Source: Candidatus Poribacteria bacterium (GTDB lineage: Bacteria; Poribacteria; WGA-4E; WGA-3G). From it: a stretch of 64,000 nucleotides of DNA. The stretch spans positions 1-64,000 of the forward strand of contig OZ244048.1 in assembly GCA_965215265.1 (NCBI GenBank), written 5' to 3'. Position 1 is the first letter of the stretch, and every line of letters starts with the position of its first letter. A program made the position numbers and the translations under genes. The notes under the pieces were generated by a model. It did not search any database, had not been told where the DNA came from, and saw nothing but the letters and a program-made list of their open reading frames with translations. Of this stretch, positions 1 through 9,803 are shown one piece after another.

Positions 1-368
1 TTTTTAAATCCTCCTTATGTGTTGTGTCCCAATAAGGTCCACTTACAACTTTATTAATATGGGCTAGCTTTCCGGTGTTGCTCCAGGTTCATTTCGCAAT
101 CACACTCACGCACGTTTTCAAAAAACAACCACCGTTCACTATCGGACCGGTTTTCGGTGCGCTGCAGCATCGCCCTTATAACACTTATACTTACAAAAGT
201 AAGCAATATCTGTGCCAATCTCCTGAAAACCACAGCTGCCACAGATATCAAGCATACGTGACATTTTGACATCTTTCTTTGTGAGACAAATTGTCATAGC
301 GTACGCAACTCCATGGTGAAGTGTGCCATTTTGGCACATATTGTTCCCATGAAAAACCGAACTCAGAG

Positions 369-1361
369 TCATGAAGAGGATGGTGCACACTGTACAACCT
401 GGCCCGTTTGCGCGGAGCGGTACGCCGCAGCTAAAATCTGATTGGCTCTTAACCCATCAATACCGTCAGTGATTGGGGAGATACCCTGGTGAACACATGC
501 CCCAAAATGTTCAAACTGATGTTGATACAGATCTTCGTATTGAGAAGGTATTAATTGTTTTTGGCCATCAAAATTAGTCTGTATTTTCCAGCCATCATCG
601 TTATAGACGCAGATGGTGCCTTCTGTGCCGTAGAGTTCGAGCACAATGTCACAGTGCACGACAGAAAAACTGAGATCGGTGAATGCTTGTGCGCCGTTCT
701 CAAAGTTCATCAGGATGCCGCCTGTCTCCTCAACAGCCGAGTTGTAAATATTGCTATTGTGGAATGCGCTCACTTCGGTAACCTCCGCAATGAGGAAACG
801 AAGAAGATCTACACTGTGCGGTCCCAAATCCATGAAACATCCACCACCGCCTTTTTCGGGTTGTGCACGCCATTCATCCGCTGTGAGCTGGTACTGTTTC
901 AAAAATGGCATTCTCCCATGAACGATCTGCCCTAACCTGCCGGCGCTTATCCATACTTGGATCTGCTGGAAGCAGGAGTGAAACCGAAACAGAAAACAGA
1001 TTTGTAAATGCACGTCATTGGCATCGCAGGCAGAAATCATTTCTCTGCACTCCGCGGGCGTGAGTGCCATTGGTTTATCACAGAGAATATGCAGCCCTTG
1101 TTCCGCAGCGGCGATGACCTGGCTGCAATGTAGATAAACGGGGGTTGATACGTAAATTGCATCCAAGGTATTGTCTGCCAAAAGTTCATCAACAGTGGTG
1201 TAGTAGGTGGCTGCACCATATTCTGTGGCGAGTTGTTTAGCACGAGTAACATCTCGTGAAAGCAGTGCGTGTAATTCAGAACCTTCTGCCTTTAGTATCG
1301 CTGGTATGGCTCTGCGTTGTGCAACGCTTCCAGCCCCGAGAACACCCCATTTTAAGTTCAT
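369..1361 (-). CDS. Gfo/Idh/MocA family oxidoreductase
   Basis: N-terminal WGVLGAGSVA Rossmann motif, DKPMA motif, GGG..MDLGPHSVD catalytic motif. Confidence 0.9.
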   Translation of the reverse strand: MNLKWGVLGAGSVAQRRAIPAILKAEGSELHALLSRDVTRAKQLATEYGAATYYTTVDELLADNTLDAIYVSTPVYLHCSQVIAAAEQGLHILCDKPMALTPAECREMISACDANDVHLQICFLFRFHSCFQQIQVWISAGRLGQIVHGRMPFLKQYQLTADEWRAQPEKGGGGCFMDLGPHSVDLLRFLIAEVTEVSAFHNSNIYNSAVEETGGILMNFENGAQAFTDLSFSVVHCDIVLELYGTEGTICVYNDDGWKIQTNFDGQKQLIPSQYEDLYQHQFEHFGACVHQGISPITDGIDGLRANQILAAAYRSAQTGQVVQCAPSSS

Positions 1362-1443
1362 TTATTTCGTACCCTTCATTTTTTGCTGTAAGTATAAACC
1401 TTTTCTATAGATATTTCAAGTAAAGAAACCCTGCATTGCCACC

Positions 1444-2217
1444 TTAGGTTAACAACAAATGCAGGCCCGTTGCGAAGAGAAAGAAGAGGACGATTCGCGA
1501 AAAGAGTCGCTCCGGCACGCAACTGTTTAACGAAATCCCTGTCAGGACCCCTAATCCGATAAACGGGAGAAGGGCGAACGACTCAACAAGAATCTCAAAC
1601 GAGAACAGTTCAAGCCTTGTATAAAATGGGATTTTGATAAAATTCATTAAGAAGTAGATCACTGTTGTTGTTGCAACAAAGGTTGTGTTGCCGAGACGTT
1701 GTGGCAGGAGATACATGATGACAACGAGTCCTCCCATGTGCGCTAGAGTTGAGAACCCACCTGTTAGGACACCGGCACCAAACCCTAACACTACTTTGAA
1801 TCGAGGCCCCGTTTCAGAAGTACCCAGGCGGATGTCCCAGTACGGACGAAAAAATTCTAAGAGGGCAAACAGACAGGCGATGCCGCCAATTACTTTCTTC
1901 AGATGGCTGTCCGAAATATCTTTCAAAATGAGACTCGCCAAAACGATACCGAGAATTGAACCCGGTATTAACAACAAGATACTCTCATGGTGCCACCGCT
2001 TCCAATAATGCTTCAGTGACAGAACGTCCGTTGAAAAGAGAAGCATGAGCATCAGCCCTACGACGTTGCGTGCAGCACGAAAATGTGTGAACATCGGAAC
2101 GACAATCATGCCGATGCCACCGCCAAAGCCTGCCTTGCTTACACCGGTTAGCCATGCGCCGAAACATAAGATAATGACTTCGTAGATACTATATCTCCTA
2201 TTTGAAGGTACATCCAA
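1444..2217 (-). CDS. TauE/SafE (TSUP) family membrane transporter
   Basis: Hydrophobic 257 aa protein with GVSKAGFGGG and GGFSTLAHMGG internal repeat motifs; start uncertain. Confidence 0.85.
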   Translation of the reverse strand: MDVPSNRRYSIYEVIILCFGAWLTGVSKAGFGGGIGMIVVPMFTHFRAARNVVGLMLMLLFSTDVLSLKHYWKRWHHESILLLIPGSILGIVLASLILKDISDSHLKKVIGGIACLFALLEFFRPYWDIRLGTSETGPRFKVVLGFGAGVLTGGFSTLAHMGGLVVIMYLLPQRLGNTTFVATTTVIYFLMNFIKIPFYTRLELFSFEILVESFALLPFIGLGVLTGISLNSCVPERLFSRIVLFFLFATGLHLLLT

Positions 2218-2380
2218 AACAGCTAATCAACTACGTGGACAGAAAGATGCATGGTCTCCTCTATGATGAAAACAGCATAACAGATTTTAGCACGATTGTC
2301 AAATTTTACCTGCCTAGGTGGATGTGGATTGTGTCGTTTAACTCAGCCAGCTGGGCAATCAATTACTCGCGGAAAAAGTT

Positions 2381-2409
2381 TTGACATTTGATATAGAATG
2401 TGGTATAAT
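2381..2409 (+). promoter_or_regulatory. sigma70 promoter of the rpsU operon
   Basis: TTGACA (2381-2386), 17 bp spacer, TG extension, TATAAT (2404-2409): perfect consensus. Confidence 0.85.
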
Positions 2410-2525
2410 ACACTATACTTTTTGGATCCGGCTTCGTTTAAAATAATTTTCGAATGAACGTTCTTTGATGCTTTTCGTTGGAGACGTTTGGTTTCTATTT
2501 TTATAACTCATGGAGGAATGAAAAA

Positions 2526-2747
2526 ATGGTTCAAGTAGAAGTTAGCGTTGACTCAGGTGAGCAATTTGACCGGGCGCTTGCACGTTTTAAGAAAATGTGC
2601 GGGAAAGCGGGAATCGTGACAGAAATTAAGAAGCGCAGTTTTTATGAAAAGCCGAGCGAGAAACGGCGGAGAATTGAGATGAAACGTCAGCGGAAGGTTA
2701 AACCACGCACGATGGAATACCGGCCTCGCTACAATAACGGCCGTTAG
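2526..2747 (+). CDS. rpsU: 30S ribosomal protein S21
   Basis: ALARFKK...KKRSFYEKPSEKRRR S21 signature; GGAGGA RBS before ATG 2526. Confidence 0.95.
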   Translation: MVQVEVSVDSGEQFDRALARFKKMCGKAGIVTEIKKRSFYEKPSEKRRRIEMKRQRKVKPRTMEYRPRYNNGR

Positions 2748-2767
2748 CGCTATACGAGGAGGAAGGT

Positions 2768-3295
2768 ATGGCAGAACAGGCTACCGTGGATACTGCGGAA
2801 AATTACAAGGGGCTTTTGATTCAATACTGCCAGGAACGTGGATTGAGCCAACCAATATATACCGAAACACAGTCAGGTCCACCGGACGCACCTAGCTGGA
2901 AAGTCACAGTGCGTTATGGAGATTGGATTCATGAGACAACCGAGTCTATCCCTGGTTCTAAAAAACTTGCACATCAAATTGCATCGAAGCAGGCACTTGA
3001 CGAAATAGATTCTCGACGCGAACGTTTTTTGTCAGGGGAAATACCAGATGAAAAAGTCGAACCTGCCCCAACTGTAGCTGCTACAGAAGTGACAGAAGTG
3101 GAAGTTCTTGAAATCCCGACTCACATTGTTTCAAGCGCACTGACTATTGCAAATGAAAGGTTGACAGCCTCGCAGCCTACCCGCTACCGAACCTTCACAG
3201 ATGAAGAATTCTCACGAAAACTCGCTAACATGACGTTAAAGATTGTCCGAAACCTGGTGAAGAAGGCAGAAAAAGAAAAAATTACGTTTGTCTAA
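2768..3295 (+). CDS. Stand-alone double-stranded RNA-binding motif (dsRBD) protein
   Basis: NYKGLLIQYCQ...P.Y...GPPDAP.W.VTV...GSKKLAHQIASKQAL matches the dsRBD consensus; no RNase III catalytic domain; strong RBS. Confidence 0.8.
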   Translation: MAEQATVDTAENYKGLLIQYCQERGLSQPIYTETQSGPPDAPSWKVTVRYGDWIHETTESIPGSKKLAHQIASKQALDEIDSRRERFLSGEIPDEKVEPAPTVAATEVTEVEVLEIPTHIVSSALTIANERLTASQPTRYRTFTDEEFSRKLANMTLKIVRNLVKKAEKEKITFV

Positions 3296-3307
3296 TACCG
3301 CTTTCTG

Positions 3308-3335
3308 AGGACAAGGCACTATGCCTTGTCCTTTT
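3308..3335 (+). terminator. Intrinsic terminator after the rpsU-dsRBD operon
   Basis: AGGACAAGGCA-cta-TGCCTTGTCCT 11 bp perfect stem followed by TTT. Confidence 0.8.
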
Positions 3336-3356
3336 ACGTTTATGCTTTCGAACAAG

Positions 3357-4607
3357 TTAGAGAAGCGATTCAACGGTGATGTTCTTGAGGGTATTTGCCT
3401 GCATCGCTTGGATATCCTCGAATATCCGCGTCCCCTTTGACGTAAGCGGTATTGCTTCCATCAGCTGATTCGTGAGCCCCGCGTCAATGACTTCGACCAA
3501 TTGATACAACGTGATATCACTTAAAGCTTGCGCAGGAAGATAACCGGTCGTATCCCCTTCCACTTCATAGATGAGCCCAGATGATTTGAAACGTTTGAAA
3601 CACGCCTGCACCACGTCAGAGGGAACACCGGAGATTGCAGCAATGTTCTCTGCAGAACATGCCCCATTTCCACGGTAGTAACGCTCCGCTACGATGAGGA
3701 ACAACGTAATTGCACCAGGAACGTTAATATAATTTACCTGTTCACCCAGTCTCTGGAAGGTGCCGGACGGCGGTTTCCGGAAATGCTGAGCCGAATTTGT
3801 AACCTCCGCACCGAGCAGAATGACAACCCATGTCACATAAGTCCAAATAGCTAAAATCATAAGTAACGCCAAAGCACCGTAAATCTCATTATAGTTTGTC
3901 CACGCAAGTTCAAAGTAGTGCCCGAAGGCAAGACGTGCGATTTGGAACAGTGTCCCCGCTATGAACGTTCCAATTAGTGCAGCACTCCATTTTACAGAGG
4001 TATTCGGCAACGCAATGTACATTAATAAAAAAAGACAGTAGACAAGTAAGGAGGGGAATAGGTCGCTAAACAACCAATGTGTAGCCGTCGAAAACAGAAG
4101 CCAGATTAATAGCGGGCCCAGTGACAGCAGTGTGTAAAACACAGTGTACTTTTGAAAGGCTTGGAGGAGTGGCAAACGATATCGCGCACCCCAAATATTA
4201 TTGAAATGCTGTTCTACAGACATAAACAGCATTGTAGAAACGAGCAGAAAAAAAAGGAATCCACCGCTGCTTAACTTACCCAAATTTTGATTTGCAAATT
4301 CGGAGAGTTGTGAAACGATTTCTTCGGCACCATAGCGAGGCAGGAAGTTGTCACGCAGCGAAGCGATTAACGGAGATTCTTCGTTTTCAACAACACCAAA
4401 AGTTTTTAGTAGGACAAGCGCAACAGCCGACAAAGGCACAAGACAGAGAAGTGTACTGAAAGCCAATGATGAAGCTTGCTGAAGACAATTGTGCTCAATG
4501 AATTGATGCCAAACTTTTGCACTAACCTGTAATACATACGTACGAAACGAGCCGAGGGTACGAAGATATCTTTCCATTTCTTTTCTTTTTTTAAAGGTTT
4601 GCGTCAA
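3357..4607 (-). CDS. YihY/BrkB family membrane protein with C-terminal Rrf2-like winged helix
   Basis: ASSLAFSTLLCLVP, FNNIWG, YNEIYGALA...W.Y..W.VILLGAE motifs; C-terminal GYLPA..LSDITL. Confidence 0.88.
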   Translation of the reverse strand: MTQTFKKRKEMERYLRTLGSFRTYVLQVSAKVWHQFIEHNCLQQASSLAFSTLLCLVPLSAVALVLLKTFGVVENEESPLIASLRDNFLPRYGAEEIVSQLSEFANQNLGKLSSGGFLFFLLVSTMLFMSVEQHFNNIWGARYRLPLLQAFQKYTVFYTLLSLGPLLIWLLFSTATHWLFSDLFPSLLVYCLFLLMYIALPNTSVKWSAALIGTFIAGTLFQIARLAFGHYFELAWTNYNEIYGALALLMILAIWTYVTWVVILLGAEVTNSAQHFRKPPSGTFQRLGEQVNYINVPGAITLFLIVAERYYRGNGACSAENIAAISGVPSDVVQACFKRFKSSGLIYEVEGDTTGYLPAQALSDITLYQLVEVIDAGLTNQLMEAIPLTSKGTRIFEDIQAMQANTLKNITVESLL

Positions 4608-4875
4608 AACCAGTCGTTTTTTTTGCTTTTGTAAAATTCAATAGACACTGGGACTAAAAAATTTTGAAAACCTTTACATAAAGAGAGAAAAAGCAATTTG
4701 TCAGAAGCCATAACTTTTCGGAAGCCGATGAACCTGCAGCAAGACAGAATTCAATTTCACAGTTTCACAGCGTTTTTCTCGTTACATCTATCTATAAAGT
4801 AATACTCTCAAAAATTTCATGGTAAATTAAATTGGATACAGAATAATATTCAAACGTGCGTGCGAAGAAAATTGT

Positions 4876-5577
4876 ATGCTTTCCCAACGTCCTGATTTAA
4901 TAGCGAAGATAAAACGCCGTTTGCGACAAAATCGCATGCTTGCTCCTTTTATCGGATGTCCCTATCCGGCACCACGATGGAACCGATGTGTTAACGGGGT
5001 TCTGCGGTGCCTCGGACCCGATGCCTCTATCCTGGAACTCGGTTCTGGTACCCGCCGCCGGGCATCCAATATCATCAATCTCGAAATTGAATCAGGCCCA
5101 GAAGTTGACATCGTCGCCGATGGACATCTCTTACCTTTCAAGGATAACTCGTTTGATGCAGTCATCTCTGAAGCAGTACTCGAACATGTACGTGCACCGA
5201 CCCGGGTTGTTTCAGAAATCTATCGGGTCTTAAAACCGGGTGGGTTTGTCTGTGCCGCAGTACCATTTCTACAAGGATACCATGCCTCACCACACGATTA
5301 TCAACGTTGGACGCTGCCCGGAATTGTGCAGCTTTTCTCTGCTTTTGTCGAAGTCGAGAGCGGTGCCTGTGCTGGCCCCACTGCATCCTTACATTGGATT
5401 TTCCGGGAATATGCAGGGCTCGTCTTTTCTTTTGGGAACCTATTATTAGCAAAGTTTTTATCGCTTCTTATCGGGTGGTTAACGTCTCCTTTCGTGTTTT
5501 TAGATTCGCTCCTTCTATGGAACTCGCATGCTCACATCCTGGCATCTGCTGTATATTTTCTTGGCAAGAAGCCGTGA
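4876..5577 (+). CDS. Class I SAM-dependent methyltransferase (type 11)
   Basis: ILELGSG motif I, LPFKDNSFDAV, VLEHV, RVLKPGG. Confidence 0.88.
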   Translation: MLSQRPDLIAKIKRRLRQNRMLAPFIGCPYPAPRWNRCVNGVLRCLGPDASILELGSGTRRRASNIINLEIESGPEVDIVADGHLLPFKDNSFDAVISEAVLEHVRAPTRVVSEIYRVLKPGGFVCAAVPFLQGYHASPHDYQRWTLPGIVQLFSAFVEVESGACAGPTASLHWIFREYAGLVFSFGNLLLAKFLSLLIGWLTSPFVFLDSLLLWNSHAHILASAVYFLGKKP

Positions 5578-5646
5578 ATCTGTCATAATAAAGCACAAGT
5601 TAGCCCTTATTCTTATAGTTGGATAACTTCTCATCAAGGGTTCACG

Positions 5647-7527
5647 CTATTCTGAGGGCTGCTCAGAGGTAAACTCATTCGCTTTGACATAGTAGAGGAA
5701 TCCGATACACATTTCATCTGTTGTCCTTTCTCCCCAGCCTACAGGAACTGGAGGACTATGGGGATTGGCCGGATTCTCCGCAGAATTGTCGAAATGTGCT
5801 ACCAAGTTCACTTGCGTCCCTGCCGGTAAGAAGAGCGGTTCTCGGTAATGATAGATATCCTGCCAGTTGAAATCCCAGTCTTGGATCCAGATTAAGTCGA
5901 TCGATTTGCCTTTCGGTGTTGTAGCAACCAGATGCATATCTCGTCCGAGCAGATGCATGTGAGGCATTGCTGCCAATAGATAGACATCAGTTTTGAACTT
6001 CCGCGACGCAAGGACTTCATGCCAATTCGCGCCGGCCGGTATCTCAAATTCAGAATTAATCGCGGAAGTTATATGCAGCTTGGTTGTCCGCGGCGTTTTG
6101 GAGAAGTAGAGTCCTAAACGGGAGCGATCGCGTTCAAGGTGCCCGGTACGGTAGTAATGCACCTGCATGACGATGTCCGCGCCTTTTGGTAAAAGGTAGC
6201 CGACTCCTTCCGGCAACACTGCCGGTGTTACCCCGGGTGCCCAACCCCCTACCGTTCCAGCGTCGTCGAAGCCAGGGCTGGTGCCTTCTGTTACATACCC
6301 GGGTTTCTCGTCTTGCGCATCCAGTTTCCGTGCCTCACCGCTCACATCAAGGTAGGCGATAACGTGATGTACAGTCTTCCTATTGCCGGGTTGCACATCA
6401 ACTGCTCGAACGTACATGTCTTGCTCAAAGTTTGTTGGAATAATAAAGTGCCGGTATTCATCTTCCCCTTCAGGCTCAATTTCATATTCGACCGGCATTT
6501 CGATAATCCAATCTGGTTGACCGAGGGCCCATCCTTCTGGAAAGTTAGGCGCGGGCGGAACGTTGTCCAGATTGCCTGCCGGCGTGCCCATTTCAACCCA
6601 TCGAGAGATAGTTTCAATTTCAGTATCCGTTAAGCGACGTTCGTTTTTAAAACTTCCGTAACCAGGTGCCGGTTTCCACGGTGGCATGAGCCGTGCCCGG
6701 GTATATTCGGCAATTTCTGTTGCCCATGCCTTCGCATCGCTATAATCCACTAGTGAGAAAGGCGCGACTTCTCCATCCCGATGGCATGACTGGCACTGTT
6801 TTTGAAGAATAGGTGCTATATGCTCGCTATAGGTTGCATCCTCTGCAACTCTTGGGTCCGGTAGATGAACGGTGCATCCGAACGCGGACGTTTGTTCTAC
6901 CGGCAGAGCGCGGCCGCTTAAAATGGCGTAGAGTGTATTTTTTAGATAGTGGTGCCTCACCCGCGTTTCATACCGGTTATCATCAATCGCACCACGATAA
7001 CGCAGGGTACCTGCTGTGTCAACGACCATGGCTTGGGGTGTTATGTTCGCACCGAATTCGTGAGTTAACTGCCCAGCTGTATCCTTCACAATCGGAAACA
7101 AGAAACCTGCTTTCGCGACGCAAGCTTTTATATCCTCTACCGATTCGTTAAAGTTCGGATATACCGCGACGAAAGTAACTGGTTTATGAGCATCGTGAAC
7201 TGCAGAAGACTCACCTGCAAATTCTGCCTGCAGGCGGTTTAACCGCATAGTATAGCGTTGGGCAACCGGGCATTCTGTCGCGAGGAATACGAACACAACA
7301 GGGCCTTGTTTAACGAGAGCGTCTAAGTGGTACTTTTCTCCATCCAAAGTCGTAAAAGCGATATCCTCTAACTTTGTACCAATTGGCACGCGGCTCATCT
7401 GTACCGATGCCTCTTGTATGACGCGATGTCTATTTGTAATTGTGTACTCCGGTTCTGTTGCTGCTTGTAGGCCTATTAAAAGAGAAAATAGTAGTAGGAG
7501 CACGAGAATTTGGTATTGGTTCATCAT
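5647..7527 (-). CDS. Secreted redoxin + c-type heme + copper type II (PHM/DBM-like) monooxygenase fusion
   Basis: Signal peptide; redoxin (ECPVA...YRGAIDD...AFGC); CQSCH heme motif; HHVI, QVHY, PHMH and EMC copper ligands; start placed at 7527 by RBS and promoter. Confidence 0.8.
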   Translation of the reverse strand: MMNQYQILVLLLLFSLLIGLQAATEPEYTITNRHRVIQEASVQMSRVPIGTKLEDIAFTTLDGEKYHLDALVKQGPVVFVFLATECPVAQRYTMRLNRLQAEFAGESSAVHDAHKPVTFVAVYPNFNESVEDIKACVAKAGFLFPIVKDTAGQLTHEFGANITPQAMVVDTAGTLRYRGAIDDNRYETRVRHHYLKNTLYAILSGRALPVEQTSAFGCTVHLPDPRVAEDATYSEHIAPILQKQCQSCHRDGEVAPFSLVDYSDAKAWATEIAEYTRARLMPPWKPAPGYGSFKNERRLTDTEIETISRWVEMGTPAGNLDNVPPAPNFPEGWALGQPDWIIEMPVEYEIEPEGEDEYRHFIIPTNFEQDMYVRAVDVQPGNRKTVHHVIAYLDVSGEARKLDAQDEKPGYVTEGTSPGFDDAGTVGGWAPGVTPAVLPEGVGYLLPKGADIVMQVHYYRTGHLERDRSRLGLYFSKTPRTTKLHITSAINSEFEIPAGANWHEVLASRKFKTDVYLLAAMPHMHLLGRDMHLVATTPKGKSIDLIWIQDWDFNWQDIYHYREPLFLPAGTQVNLVAHFDNSAENPANPHSPPVPVGWGERTTDEMCIGFLYYVKANEFTSEQPSE

Positions 7528-7593
7528 GTAATTTGTTCCTCCATACAAGTTTATCCCTAAAACGTAAATATCGTTGGTGTTAGTGATGAAACA

Positions 7594-7622
7594 ATTATAC
7601 CGCAATTCAGAAAATATGTCAA
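7594..7622 (-). promoter_or_regulatory. sigma70 promoter for the redoxin/monooxygenase gene
   Basis: Minus strand TTGACA, 17 bp spacer, TATAAT. Confidence 0.8.
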
Positions 7623-7723
7623 ATTCGATTCTCTTCTCTATATCAGGTCAAGGTAGATTATAGTTGTAGAAAACTTAGATGCTTAATTTCATTAAGAACG
7701 CTTAAACGAGAAATAAGAAAAAG

Positions 7724-7752
7724 TGGACAAACGCGAGATTTTGTGGTATCAT
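7724..7752 (+). promoter_or_regulatory. sigma70 promoter upstream of rpsT
   Basis: TGGACA, 17 bp spacer, TG extension, TATCAT. Confidence 0.6.
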
Positions 7753-7921
7753 GAATATAAGGACATTACTAACGATTCTGGCAGTAAAAACATATTGTCG
7801 GAACTTCCTTATGAGTAGAATCAATATAGGGTTGTGAGCTGCAACACTAATGAATTTATTTCGTATAGACATTATGCCCCGAATTTGCTTTTTGGGGCGT
7901 TAAAGGATGGTACTGTTAGAT

Positions 7922-8200
7922 ATGCATCGAAAATCAGCCATGAAACACGCGCGTGCAGATCAAGCGAAACGTGAAAGAAACAGGCACCGTAAAGCGACGC
8001 TCCGAACGTTGCTAAAACAGACAGAAGCAGCACTCGCTGAAGGTAATATCGAGGCCTCGCGTGCCTTGTACAAATCGGCGGCAAGTCAGTTGGATCGTGC
8101 CGCGGGCAAGGGTGTAATAAAAAAAGGCACCGCCAATCGCCAGAAGTCCCGGCTCAACAGTAAACTTAATGCCCTCGCTGTCCAAGCGACACAGTCGTAA
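7922..8200 (+). CDS. rpsT: 30S ribosomal protein S20
   Basis: KSAMKHAR...RNRHRK..LRT...LDRAAGKGVIKKGTANRQKSRL; start is 7922 or 7907. Confidence 0.95.
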   Translation: MHRKSAMKHARADQAKRERNRHRKATLRTLLKQTEAALAEGNIEASRALYKSAASQLDRAAGKGVIKKGTANRQKSRLNSKLNALAVQATQS

Positions 8201-8328
8201 TCTGGAGAATCTGTGTGCACTGCCCTAAAGAGAAACTTGTCAGAATGTTTCTGACAAGGTACACGGAAATACTCATGCTACATCAGACTTATCGCTTTCT
8301 ACGAGAAAAAAAATAGGAAAAATGGGAC

Positions 8329-9705
8329 ATGAACGTCCGCGAAGTTGCTTTAGAATGCTTGTTAAATATTTCTCAAACCCGTATCTCTATAGTAGCTGCA
8401 ATTGACAAGGCATTCCAAAAGCAGAGCTTGAATGGGCGCGAATGTCGTTTGCTAAACGCACTTGTCTACGGTGTTGTACGGTGGCAGAAACAACTGGATT
8501 GGGTACTAAATCACTTTATCAATCCACGTTTTCGGCTAGACACGAGGCACAGTGCGCTCCTTCGGCTCGGGGCGTTTCAATTGTTGCACCTGGATGGAAT
8601 ACCTGCCCACGCAGCAATTTTTGAAACCGTTCAACTTGCAAAAGGCGGACGAAAGGCCAGAGGCTTTATCAACGCAATCTTGCGAAAAGTAGAACGCGAG
8701 GCACAGACGTTAACCTATCCATCGTTTGAATCTAATCCTATTGAGCATATCTCATTCTCTTTGTCATATCCAAAATGGTTAGTCAGCCGGTGGATTAAGA
8801 CACGCGGTGTTCCATGGACATTGGCGTTCTGCCAAGCAAGTAATGAGATTGCCCCATTGGCTTTTCGCGTCAATAGCTTCGTGAAGGAGCGAGACAGACT
8901 CCGCGAATCACTCCGTGCAAATGGGTTATCTACAAAGGTTTCCAGAATTTCGCCGGATGGATTGGTGCTCCTGAACCGAGAAGATACAGGGCTTGCCAGC
9001 GGCTCGCCCAGCTTAAAATCCGTGCTTAATACGGATAACATCTATGTTCAAGATGAGAGTGCCATGTTAGTTGCACCGCTTGTTGCACCGAAAAATGCAC
9101 AGATAGTAGTTGATCTTTGTGCAGCACCAGGGGGAAAAACGACGCATCTCGCATCCCTGATGAGCAATTCTGGCAAAATTATCGCTGTCGATATTTCGGA
9201 TAAAAGACTCGCGTTGTTGAAAGAAAACTGCCGGCGCATGGGAACTCTCAATGTAGAAACTCAGGTTCTGGATGCAACAAAGGCAAACCTCAGTTTTATT
9301 GCAAACGCGGATGCTGTTCTGATTGATACTCCGTGCTCCGGGTTCGGTACGCTCCGGCGACATCCGGATATCCGTTGGAACAAAACGCCTGAGCAGCTTC
9401 GCTCGCTCTGCGATATACAATACAGTTTGCTCAAAAATGCAGCATCATACCTCAAACCCGGCGCGGTTCTCGTCTACAGCACTTGTAGTATTGAACCTAT
9501 GGAAAATGAAGAACTCATCCGCCGCTTTTTGGCGGATTTCCCAATGTACGCCATAGAGCATGCCCACAGGTTTTTGACTGATGTCCCGCAAAGTGCTATA
9601 ACTCAAGACGGATTTCTCCAGACATTCCCCCATGAACACGGTGTTGATGGTGCTTTTGCCGCACGTCTCCGGCGTAAAGGTAGTCGTGGCGAAAATATAC
9701 CATAA
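8329..9705 (+). CDS. rsmB: 16S rRNA m5C967 methyltransferase RsmB/Sun
   Basis: NusB-like N-terminal domain, VQDESA, DLCAAPGGKT, DTPCSGFG, YSTCSI. Confidence 0.95.
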   Translation: MNVREVALECLLNISQTRISIVAAIDKAFQKQSLNGRECRLLNALVYGVVRWQKQLDWVLNHFINPRFRLDTRHSALLRLGAFQLLHLDGIPAHAAIFETVQLAKGGRKARGFINAILRKVEREAQTLTYPSFESNPIEHISFSLSYPKWLVSRWIKTRGVPWTLAFCQASNEIAPLAFRVNSFVKERDRLRESLRANGLSTKVSRISPDGLVLLNREDTGLASGSPSLKSVLNTDNIYVQDESAMLVAPLVAPKNAQIVVDLCAAPGGKTTHLASLMSNSGKIIAVDISDKRLALLKENCRRMGTLNVETQVLDATKANLSFIANADAVLIDTPCSGFGTLRRHPDIRWNKTPEQLRSLCDIQYSLLKNAASYLKPGAVLVYSTCSIEPMENEELIRRFLADFPMYAIEHAHRFLTDVPQSAITQDGFLQTFPHEHGVDGAFAARLRRKGSRGENIP

Positions 9706-9803
9706 CCTTTATTGATTAGGTTGCTGAATCGACGTGGAATGCACGCATAACATTCAGCAAGTCTGAGCATCCTGTTACACATCTCGTCGGACACTTTTCG
9801 TGT

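Noticed and set aside
54-390. Short overlapping ORFs at the window start, and the many antisense ORFs in the track
   Set aside because: They have no motifs or RBS, and most are shadows of well-supported genes.
4669-4677. Self-target of the mini-CRISPR spacer (AACCTTTAC)
   Set aside because: A 9 nt match is expected by chance in 64 kb on two strands, and it does not extend.
7874-7903. Leader peptide MPRICFLGR before rpsT
   Set aside because: No RBS, attenuator structure or codon run supports a function.
9706-9803. Possible TPP riboswitch upstream of thiE-thiD
   Set aside because: Only a TTGCTGAAT/ATTCAGCAA inverted repeat (9721-9760) is present; the conserved TGAGA and CCTGA...TAAT...CGTAGG core is missing.
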